The position numbers and the translations under genes were made by a program. Shown piece after piece: positions 56,233 to 64,000 of a stretch of 64,000 nt of DNA. The stretch comes from an uncultured Acidobacteriota bacterium (GTDB taxonomy: Bacteria; Acidobacteriota; Terriglobia; Terriglobales; Acidobacteriaceae), in contig OY969886.1 of NCBI GenBank assembly GCA_963704285.1, positions 1,854,234-1,918,233 of the forward strand, given 5' to 3'. Each line of letters opens with the position of its first letter. Positions within the stretch are counted from its first letter, which is position 1. The notes beneath the pieces are model-generated. The model was not told where the DNA came from. It was given only the letters and a program-made list of their open reading frames with translations, and ran no database searches.

Positions 56233-57509
56233 TGCACGGTCACGGTGACCGCGGCCGTGGTGCGGCCGTAGGGATTCGTCGCGCAGAGCGTGTAGGTGGT
56301 GGTCTGAGCAGGAGAGACGGTCACCTGGTTGCCGCGCACGGGGCCGATCTGCGGCGAGACCAGGAAGTAGGTTCCAGTCGAGTTCCAGCTCAGGGTAACG
56401 GGCGTGCCGGCCGCAGTCGATGTCGGCGCGGCGGAGAAGCTTGAGATCACCGGCGCCGCCCCTTGCGGCACATTCGCCGCGGTGTAGATGGGATTCATCT
56501 GGACCACCTCGAACGCTGAGGCGGTCACCTGCCCGAGGTTGTGCAGGTCGTTATTGTCCCAGCGCGAGTCGGGCGCGCCGCTGATGTACATGGAGCTGCC
56601 GTTGTCGGCCATGATCATGCCGTACTTCTTGAGCGCCGTCAAAATGACCCGGTTGTTCGCCGAGAACCCCGAGATGTCGTAGCTTGCCTTCAGGCGCAGA
56701 CGCATTCCCATGGGCGCCGCCGACGCATTGGAAGTGTTCGAGGCCCAGTGCGAAGCGGGAGGCACGAATGCCGCCCGGCTCTGCGCCAGGGTGAAGCGCA
56801 ACGCGTGGCGGATCTGCCCGCTCGCTACCTCGTCGTAACGGGCGAGCCCGGGGAAGATGGGCAGCCCTCCAGCGTCGGCCGAGGTCCAGGTCCACGGCCG
56901 TTGCCCGTCGGCCAGCAAGTCCCACACCGCCGCGGAACCGGCATTCCAGCTTCCATCCGCGTTGGGATAGGAGTTGTAGAGCTCGTACAGCCAGCAATTA
57001 GCGTTGTCCAGAACCAGCACGTGGCGGTCGCCGCTGCCGGGATTGGGATCGCCTTCGATGGGAGCGTTGGCCGGCACCGGCATCGGCCCGGGATCGCTCT
57101 CATCCCCGTAAGCCGTGAAATTGATGTTCACCGGAGCCTGCGAACTGCCCACCACAACATACCCGATACCCATGCTCGAACCCTGGTACAGGCCGGAGCC
57201 GAAATCAGGATGCAAACCGATCGACGGACCGATGAAGCTGATGATGGCTGCGGAATTGGGATCGACGGCGGACGCGGAGATGTCCTGGTTCCAGGCATTG
57301 TCGGCGGGAAAAGGAAGAAAGCCGTTCAGGCTCGCGCCCTGGCCAAGACTGATGTTGTTGCAGGCGCTGGAGTTGCCGCCGCCACCGCCGCCTGTGCCTC
57401 CGCCACCGCCACTTCCGCTGTTGCTGGTATTCGAGCTCCCTCCGATGCTGCAGCCGGCGAGCAGGAGCGGCAGGAGCAGAATGAAAGTAACCCCGGTTCT
57501 TGTGCGCAT
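56229..57509 (-). CDS. Lipoprotein of unknown function with Gly/Ser linker and C-terminal Ig-like region
   Basis: Lipobox LLLAGC, then GGSSNTSNSGSGGGGGTGGGGGG. No family name recalled. Confidence 0.5.
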   Translation of the reverse strand: MRTRTGVTFILLLPLLLAGCSIGGSSNTSNSGSGGGGGTGGGGGGNSSACNNISLGQGASLNGFLPFPADNAWNQDISASAVDPNSAAIISFIGPSIGLHPDFGSGLYQGSSMGIGYVVVGSSQAPVNINFTAYGDESDPGPMPVPANAPIEGDPNPGSGDRHVLVLDNANCWLYELYNSYPNADGSWNAGSAAVWDLLADGQRPWTWTSADAGGLPIFPGLARYDEVASGQIRHALRFTLAQSRAAFVPPASHWASNTSNASAAPMGMRLRLKASYDISGFSANNRVILTALKKYGMIMADNGSSMYISGAPDSRWDNNDLHNLGQVTASAFEVVQMNPIYTAANVPQGAAPVISSFSAAPTSTAAGTPVTLSWNSTGTYFLVSPQIGPVRGNQVTVSPAQTTTYTLCATNPYGRTTAAVTVTVH

Positions 57510-57657
57510 GATGCCACTATTCTGGCCTGGCGCCCGAGCCGAAGAACGCCGCAGTGGAACAGCGCGTGGCAGTATTCCGGACGTGTACTAGAGGTTCTGC
57601 TTTGGGCTCACTTGGTTGCTTCTCCGTCCGCTCGGCTCGGTGTGGCAGTTCCGCGCG

Positions 57658-58146
57658 CTACCGCTTATATCCGATCTTCCTGAGGAACTCCTTGCGTGCG
57701 GCAACGTCGCCGGGGCCCTCGACGCCCTTGGGGGAACTGCCGTCGATCACGCCCATGATGCCGCGGCCCTGCGCGCTCGCCGCCACGATCACCTCCACAG
57801 GGTTGGCCGTCGCGCAAAAGATGGAGCACACCTCCGGAATGTTGCGGATGGCGTTCAGCAGGTTGATGGGATAGGCGTTGCGGATGACCAGGACGAACAC
57901 GTGTCCAGCCGCCAGCGCCTGGGCATTGCGGATGGCGGCAGCCCGCAGGTCGTCGTCGTTGCCCTCCGAGCGGATCAGGCACGGGCCGGAACTCTCGTTG
58001 AAGGCGACGCCAAACTTCGCCTGCGGCACGGTGCCAACCACGGCTTCGTAGATGTCTTCAACCGTCTTGATGAAGTGCGATTGCCCGACGATGATGTTGG
58101 CGTTGGAGGGGAATTCCATGCGCACGGAATCGAACTGGAGCATCAC
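57658..58146 (-). CDS. Adenosine-specific kinase family (PF04008, former DUF355) protein
   Basis: IIVGQSHFIKTVEDI.EA...VP.AKFG.AFNE.SG..L.R..GND..L...A...A....AGH.F pattern recalled for this family. Confidence 0.65.
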   Translation of the reverse strand: MMLQFDSVRMEFPSNANIIVGQSHFIKTVEDIYEAVVGTVPQAKFGVAFNESSGPCLIRSEGNDDDLRAAAIRNAQALAAGHVFVLVIRNAYPINLLNAIRNIPEVCSIFCATANPVEVIVAASAQGRGIMGVIDGSSPKGVEGPGDVAARKEFLRKIGYKR

Positions 58147-58286
58147 CGCCTCCTTGCACCTGCGCTAACCGGTTGCGGCATGATAGCGCAGCCCCTCGCC
58201 CCGGCCCGCGCCTCGAAGGCCTTGAGAATCCAACGCTGGTTCCCTCGCCCCGCGCAGGATTTCGGCCGGGCCGCAAGCGCCTCAAG

Positions 58287-58315
58287 TTGACACGCCATCG
58301 GGCGAGGTTTAGCTT
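58287..58315 (+). promoter_or_regulatory. Orphan promoter TTGACA-N17-TAGCTT
   Basis: TTGACA 58287..58292 and TAGCTT 58310..58315. There is no plus-strand ORF downstream. Confidence 0.4.
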
Positions 58316-58321
58316 CGCTGG

Positions 58322-58429
58322 GCCCCGAAAAGGGCTTTGCTCGGTCCAACCGGATCATGGAAGGACCAGCTTCGTAACCTCCGTGCGTATCCTGAAACTG
58401 GCGTCCGGTCGAGGCCGGACGCCTTTTTT
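58322..58429 (+). ncRNA. Candidate small RNA of about 108 nt (promoter to intrinsic terminator)
   Basis: Bounded by the promoter above and the terminator at 58400..58429. Contains an internal GGTCC...GGACC stem and an ACCTCC anti-SD-like motif. The 5' end is predicted, not observed. Confidence 0.35.
58400..58429 (+). terminator. Strong Rho-independent terminator
   Basis: GGCGTCCGG-loop-CCGGACGCC followed by TTTTTT. Confidence 0.7.
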
Positions 58430-58461
58430 GCGGGTGAGCCGCTGGCCTTTCCCGTGCGCCG

Positions 58462-59007
58462 CTAACGCTGGAAACGGCCCATTACTTCTGCTTGGGCAAG
58501 GATGTGCCCCTCGAACGCCTGCTCGACAGCTTTCTTCGTCGCCCCGGGTTTCAAGTTCAGCTTGCTGTCGAGAGCGTACAGCTTGAAGTAGTAACGATGA
58601 GGCTTGCCGGGCGGCGGGCACGGTCCGCCGTATCCCGTCTTGCGGAAGTCGTTCTGCCCCTGGACGCCTCCTCCGGAGATAGCCTCCGTCTTCGGCACCG
58701 CTTCCGGGAGCTGGCGCGCGCCGGCAGGTAGGTCATAGGCGACCCAATGCACCCAGGTTCCGGCGGGCGCGTCCGGATCGTCGGCGATCAGGGCGAAGCT
58801 CTGCGTTCCGGCCGGGGGATCGGTCCAGCTCAGCGCCGGTGAGACGTCGGGACCTTCGCAGGTGTACTTGCGGGGGATATCGCCTCCCGGCGGGAAGGCG
58901 GTTGAGTTCAGCTTGAGGGACATGGCGCTACCTCCTTGCCGCTGCTGCGACCAGGCCGCGGCCGCGATCAGCAAGATGATGCCGGCGAATACCCTCATCC
59001 ATTTCAT
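58462..59007 (-). CDS. YbhB/YbcL family Raf-kinase-inhibitor-like (PEBP) protein, secreted
   Basis: ATG 59007 inside ORF 58462..59157. Signal peptide. DPDAP...WVHW and GYGGPCPP.G.HRY.F.LYAL motifs. Confidence 0.8.
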   Translation of the reverse strand: MKWMRVFAGIILLIAAAAWSQQRQGGSAMSLKLNSTAFPPGGDIPRKYTCEGPDVSPALSWTDPPAGTQSFALIADDPDAPAGTWVHWVAYDLPAGARQLPEAVPKTEAISGGGVQGQNDFRKTGYGGPCPPPGKPHRYYFKLYALDSKLNLKPGATKKAVEQAFEGHILAQAEVMGRFQR

Positions 59008-59139
59008 ACCAACAGGTTGGATGCGCGGCGCGCACGCGCGCGCCGCGAGTCTAAGCCTGCGCGCGACCTCTGTCCAGACCCCGCGGCGTCGCTGGTTTAT
59101 AATTAATTTTTCCCGCATGACGTTCGGAGTACCCAGCAA

Positions 59140-61114
59140 ATGATTCGATTCCTGCAAAGGCCTGGACCGCTGAAGAAATATCTGCTCGGTGGCCTCTTGT
59201 TGCTAATCAGCGCGACCATGGTGATCACCCTGGTCCCGGGCGGAAGCTTGGGCAGCGCCTTCGGCTTCGGCAGCGCTGGACAGGGCGTGTTCGCCAGGGT
59301 CGGCGACCAGGAGGTCACCATCCAGGACGTGCAACAGCGCGCGCAAGTTGCGGTGCGCCAGGCGGGATACCCGGCGGCGCTTCTGCCCTACATCCGCGGC
59401 CAGGTGGCGCAGCAGATGGTGCTGCGCGGAGCCATGCTGGTGGAGGCTTCCCGCCTGGGCCTGCGCGTCACCGACGACGAGCTGCGCGACGAATTGCGCT
59501 CCGGTCCTCTCGGAGCGCAGTTTTTCCCCAGCGGTAATTTCATCGGGCAGGACCGCTACGAGCAGTTCATCCTGCAACAATTCAACATGGGTGTGACCCA
59601 GTTCGAGCAGCAGATGAAAGACGACCTCCTGCTGCGCAAGCTGCAGGGCCTGGTCGAGGGCGGCATCAGGGTTTCCGATTCCGAGATCGAACAGGAATTC
59701 CGGCGTGAGAACACCAAGGTCAAGCTGGAGTATGCCGTGCTTTCCCTCGACAAGGTGATGAGCGAGATCCATCCCAACGAGGCGGAGCTGAAGGCGTTCC
59801 TCGACAAGAACCAGGGGCGGTACGCCAGCGCCATCCCCGAGAAGCGTAAGGCGAATTACATGGTGATCGACACCGCCAAGGTGTCCGAGCAGGTGCAGGT
59901 CACGCGCGAAGACCTGCAGCGCTACTACAACCAGCATCGCGACGAGTACCGCGTGCCCGACGAGGTGAACCTGCGCCTCATTCAGGTGCGCACCCCGCCC
60001 CCCGGCCCGGACGGCAAAGTCGATCCGAAGGCCGTGGACGCCGCCAAGCAGAAGGCCGACGACATCCTGAAGAAGCTCAAAGCCGGAGCCAATTTCGCCG
60101 ATCTCGCCAAGAAGGAGTCCGACGATCCCAGCAAGGAGAACGGCGGCGAACTGGGCTGGATCGGGCGGGGACGCATCCCCGACATCGAAGACCAGATCTT
60201 CGCGCTCAACAAAGGCCAGACCAGCGATGTCCTGCGCAGCGCGCTCGGCTTCAACATCGTCCGGGTGGAGGACAAGCGCACCGCCCACGTGAAGAGCCTG
60301 GAGGAGGTGAAGGCGGCGATTGAGCCCATGGTCCGCCAGGAGAAGGCAGCGCGCGCCACCGAGACCCTGGCCAATGACGTTCCGTACCCTGGCCCGCGCC
60401 TCCGGGCTGGACGCCGCCGGCGCCAAGTATGGCCTGGCCGTCATTGACAGCGATCTGTTCAGCCGCGCCAGTTCATTGCCGGGCATCGGCGCCTCGCCGG
60501 AGCTTATGGATGCGGTGTTCGGCGCGCGCCTCAAGGATCCGCCGGAGATGACCACCGTTCCGCAGGGCCGGGTGGTGTTCCAGGTGACCGAGGTCAAGCC
60601 GCCGCAGAAGCCGACGTTCGACGAAGTGCGGGCACGCGTTGAGGCCGATTTCAAGCAGGAGCGGGCCACGGAACTGCTGCAGAAGCAGACGCAGGAGCTT
60701 TCCGACCGCGCCCGCGCTGCCCATGACCTGAAGAAAGCAGCCAAGGAGCTTGGCGCCTCGGTGAAGACGAGCGAACTGGTCACGCGCAGCAGCCAGGTGC
60801 CGGACATCGGAGCGATGGCGGGTCCGGCCGCGGTGGCCTTCGACATGAAGCCCGGCGGGATCAGCGGGCCCATCAACGCCGGGCGCAGCGGGGTGGCGTT
60901 CACGGTGACGGAGCGCCAGGAGCCCACCCCCGACCAGCTCGCCGCGTCCAAAGATCGGATCCGCGAGAGCCTTTTGCAGAAGAGACGGGAAGAAGTGCTG
61001 GAGAATTTCGCCAACAACCTGCGGGCCGAGATGGAAAAGAGCGGCAAGATCCGCTACAACAAAGAGGAGCGCGACCGGCTGATGAAACCCCGCTTTGGAG
61101 CCGAGGGCGGGTAA
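59140..61114 (+). pseudogene. PpiD-like periplasmic chaperone / peptidyl-prolyl isomerase with apparent +1 frameshift at 60376..60383
   Basis: N-terminal TM plus SurA_N-like region and parvulin domain (DDPSKENGGELGWIGRG...GFNIVRVEDK) lie in ORF 59140..60447. The C-terminal chaperone region continues in ORF 60320..61114. Junction LANDV|RTLARASGLD. Confidence 0.7.
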
Positions 61115-61125
61115 ATCTTAGTAAT

Positions 61126-61372
61126 ATCATCCCGAGTGAAGCGCGAGGGAGCTTTTGCGACCGAGCGTGAGCGAGGGATCTTGGGATCGAAAAGAGGAGC
61201 GCATACAGACAGAGCATATGCCCCGACTCTATATAAAGCATAGATCCTTCGCTGGCCCTCGCTCGCTGCGCTCGTTCGGGCTGCGCTCAGGATGACATCT
61301 TTTGTTTTTCTTTGAACGGCACGGCTGAAGCCGTGCCCTCCCGCTTTCTTTTCCGCCGGGCTCGAAGCCCGG
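61126..61372. repeat. Family A palindrome followed by two family B hairpins in the ppiD-malQ spacer
   Basis: ATCATCCCGAGTGAAGCGCGAGGGAGC...GAGCGAGGGATC / GATCCTTCGCTGGCCCTCGCTCGCTGCGCTCGTTCGGGCTGCGCTCAGGATGAC. Then GGCACGGCTGAAGCCGTGCC and CCGGGCTCGAAGCCCGG. Confidence 0.8.
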
Positions 61373-61396
61373 CGCTTCCACCAACGGCTGTTACCG

Positions 61397-62945
61397 ATGT
61401 CTTTCGAGCGCGCTTCCGGCATCCTGCTGCATCCCACCGCGCTGCCTTCGCGTGGCGGCATCGGCGACCTCGGCCCCGCCGCCTACGACTTCGTAGAGTT
61501 CCTTGCGGCTGCCCGGCAGGGCCTCTGGCAGGTATTGCCGCTCGGTCCCCTGGGTGTGGGGAATTCTCCCTACTCCGCCACCTCGGCCTTTGCGGGAAAC
61601 CCGCTGCTGATCAGCCTGGAGCGGCTGGCCGATCGCGGATGGATCGAGCGCGAGCGCCTGGAGTCGCTGCCTGACGGCGTTTCCTCCATCGATTATCACC
61701 AGGCGCGGGCGGCCAAGCTGCCGCTGCTGCGCGAAGCTGCCTGGAACTTCCTTGCTCAGCCGCGCCCCCAGGAGCATGAACGCTTGCGCCGCTTCTGCCA
61801 GGAAAGCGCCGTCTGGCTGGATGATTTCGTACTCTTCGACGTCCTTCGCCAGCTTTACCGCACCGAGAACTGGAACCGCTGGCCGGGCGAGCTGGCGCGC
61901 CGCCAGCCCGAGGCGTTGGAGAGCGCGCGCCGCGGACTGGCGCGGGAGTTGGACGTGGCCCGCGTGATCCAGTTCGCATTCTTCGAGCAGTGGCGCGCAC
62001 TGCACCGGCGTTGCGCGGAATTGGGGATCAAGGTCATCGGGGATGTGGCCATCTTTGTCAGCTACGACAGCGCCGACGTTCTGGACGCATCCCGACCTCT
62101 TCCATCTGGACGAGCACCTCGAGCCCTACGTGGTAGCGGGCGTTCCACCGGACGCCTTCAGCGAGACCGGCCAGCGTTGGGGGAATCCACTCTACCGCTG
62201 GGACGTGCTCAAGAGCCGCGGCTACGGCTGGTGGGTGGACCGCATGCGCGCCGCGCTTACCACCTGCGACATCCTGCGCTTGGACCACTTTCTCGGGTTC
62301 CAGCACTACTGGGAGATCCCGGCCACCGAACCCACGGCGGGGCATGGGCGCTGGGTGGAGGGGCCACGCGACGACCTTTTCCACACCCTCCGCCAGGCGC
62401 TCGGCAAGCTGCCCCTCATCGCGGAAGACCTGGGTTTGATCACGGAAGAGGTCCGCGCGCTACGGCGGCGCCTCGACCTCCCCGGCATGCGCATTCTGCA
62501 GTTCGGCTTCGGCAATCGCGGCGCTCACATTTATCTGCCGCACCAGTTCGAGCGCAACACCGTGGTGTACACCGGTACGCACGACAACGACACCATCCTG
62601 GGCTGGTGGCGGTGCGCCACTGAGGAGGAACGGTGCCACGCCTCGGCCTACCTGGGTCACGACCCGGAGGGAATGAACTGGGCCTTCATTCGGGCCGGGC
62701 AGGCTTCCATCGCGGACCTGTGCGTGGTGCCGCTGCAGGACGTGTTGGGGCTGGGCAGCGAGGCACGCATGAACGTTCCCAGCCGTTCGGACGGCAACTG
62801 GACCTGGCGCTACCCGCCGGGGGCGCTGACGCGCGAGCTGGCGGCGCGCCTCGCGACCATCGTGGAAGTTTGCGACCGCGACGGATATCTCTCCGCGGCA
62901 CGCCAGCAGGACCACAGGGAGGAGGGCGAAGAGTTCGCGGCCTAG
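61397..62945 (+). pseudogene. malQ: 4-alpha-glucanotransferase (amylomaltase) with apparent +1 frameshift at 62075..62081
   Basis: RASGILLHPTALPS..GIGDLG...GNSPY lies in ORF 61397..62623. PDAFSETGQRWGNPLY, LRLDHF.GF, TGTHDNDT lie in ORF 62043..62945. Junction DSADV|WTHPDLF. Confidence 0.85.
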
Positions 62946-63680
62946 CTACCGCGAAACCGGCGCCGGCAGGTAGGGAAGCGCCTCGCCGGCGACGATAGCG
63001 GCGGGATTGTCCTCAACCAGCGCGCGGGCGATATCGGTCCCCACGATCTTGGCAACCGCATCACGGCCGGCGGAGAGCACCGGCGGGCGGTGTTGCGTAT
63101 CGTGCGCGTCGGTGGCGATCACGTGCACGGCGTCATGCTTCAGCAGCCACTCCGCGGCCTTGCGTGCGCTGCTTCCCCAGTTGCCGGTGAAGGAGGACGC
63201 TGTCACCTGCACCACGCAACCCTGCTCGGCGAAGGCCAGCACGCTTTCGGGATGGCTCTGCAGCATGCGGTTGCGCTCGGGGTGGGTGACGATGGGGACG
63301 ATGCCCTGCGCGCGCAGGCGGTAGATGGCGTCATTGATGTAGCGGGAGACGCCGAAATCGCTGAACTCGACCAGCAGGTAAGGTGAGCCGCTGATGGAGT
63401 AGCGCTCGGGCGTCTTGAGCGCGTCCTGCACATTGTCGAAGGAGAAATGGAAATCGCAGCCCAGGCTCAAGACCGGCCACTCTCCCGCCGTTTTCTGAAG
63501 CTCCTGCAAGCGCGCGGCGTGTTCTTCGCGATGATAGACGTACTCCTCGTTGGCGTGCGGTGTGGCCACGATGTGGGTGATGCCGTCGCTGACCGCCATG
63601 CGGCACATTTCGGTGGCAACTTCCCAACTTTTCGCGCCGTCATCGACTCCCGGCAGGATGTGGCAGTGAATATCGACCAT
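62946..63680 (-). CDS. PHP-family protein-tyrosine phosphatase (CpsB/YwqE-like)
   Basis: MVDIHCHILPGVDDGA, ATPH, THPER, TDAH metal-binding motifs. Confidence 0.75.
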   Translation of the reverse strand: MVDIHCHILPGVDDGAKSWEVATEMCRMAVSDGITHIVATPHANEEYVYHREEHAARLQELQKTAGEWPVLSLGCDFHFSFDNVQDALKTPERYSISGSPYLLVEFSDFGVSRYINDAIYRLRAQGIVPIVTHPERNRMLQSHPESVLAFAEQGCVVQVTASSFTGNWGSSARKAAEWLLKHDAVHVIATDAHDTQHRPPVLSAGRDAVAKIVGTDIARALVEDNPAAIVAGEALPYLPAPVSR

Positions 63681-63742
63681 GGCTCAATACCAATCGGCCA
63701 TTGTAGCCCGTCCTGGATTGTGGAAAAGGCGGCGCCGGCGGT

Positions 63743-64000
63743 TCACAGCAGATCCATCATGTCCTTAAGCAGCTTGCCCTGGGAAGCCGCCACGCCCGCG
63801 CAGGTGACGTGTCCGCGATAGGTATTGACGCCCTCGCGGAATCCCTGGTCGCACTTCACCGCCGCCAGGCCGTGCTGCGCCAGCTTCATGACGTAAGGGA
63901 AGGTCGCGTTGGTGAGCGCCAGCGTCGAAGTGTGGGGAACGGCCGCAGGCATGTTGGTGACGCAATAATGCACCACGCCGTCCACCACGTAGGCCGGGTC
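63743..64000 (-). CDS. ald: Alanine dehydrogenase, C-terminal part (N-terminus beyond window end)
   Basis: [32 protein letters not shown] matches the conserved Ald C-terminal region. Confidence 0.75.
   Translation of the reverse strand, partial: DPAYVVDGVVHYCVTNMPAAVPHTSTLALTNATFPYVMKLAQHGLAAVKCDQGFREGVNTYRGHVTCAGVAASQGKLLKDMMDLL

Noticed and set aside
58322-58429. Candidate sRNA as SRP (4.5S) RNA because of GGAAGGACCAGC
   Set aside because: The conserved domain IV context (GGUCCGGAAGGAAGCAGCC with a symmetric loop) and the long closing helix are not present. The resemblance is limited to a few bases.
59203-61047. 614-aa ORF antisense to the PpiD-like gene
   Set aside because: The sense strand encodes a parvulin domain and chaperone regions. 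The antisense peptide has no motifs. Its continuity across the sense-strand frameshift is not evidence for coding.

Overview
64-kb high-GC bacterial chromosomal segment. GC was judged by eye, not computed. Gene content and repeat flora look Acidobacteriota-like, which is inference only.

Backbone: a complete division/cell-wall (dcw) cluster at 13.1-33.1 kb, in the order mraZ-rsmH-ftsL-ftsI-murE-murF-mraY-murD-ftsW-murG-murC-[opposite-strand DUF1264-like gene]-ftsQ-ftsA-ftsZ. It has a recognisable TTGACA/TAGGAT promoter followed by 10-bp-phased GTGG MraZ boxes.

Flanks: housekeeping and envelope genes (beta-carbonic anhydrase, ECF sigma/anti-sigma pair, RRM RNA-binding protein, cysE, MacA-like adaptor plus ABC ATPase, mmsA, garR/hyi, redoxins, PpiD-like chaperone, malQ, ald), four PilZ-domain proteins, tRNA-Arg(CCG) and tRNA-Lys(CUU).

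Accessory DNA: a visibly lower-GC type II R-M-like gene pair directly after ftsZ (33.2-34.9 kb), and a mosaic islet at 48.0-52.6 kb. The islet holds hicBA bracketed by duplicated mmsA 3' ends, a GIY-YIG nuclease, an IS200/RAYT-like relic, and an intact IS5-family element with CTAA target duplication inside a Dam-like methylase remnant.

The most unusual property is the density of nested palindromic repeat families. They fill almost every intergenic gap, including inside the dcw cluster, and they sit physically next to the GIY-YIG gene and the Y1-transposase relic.

Four otherwise conserved genes carry single frameshifts (S58 peptidase, ECF sigma, PpiD-like, MalQ). Three of these are in a GACGT context, so assembly error versus real decay must be resolved.

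No CRISPR array, rRNA or prophage was seen. I did not find a clear-cut novel multi-gene defence system; the best novelty candidates are listed in findings with modest scores.
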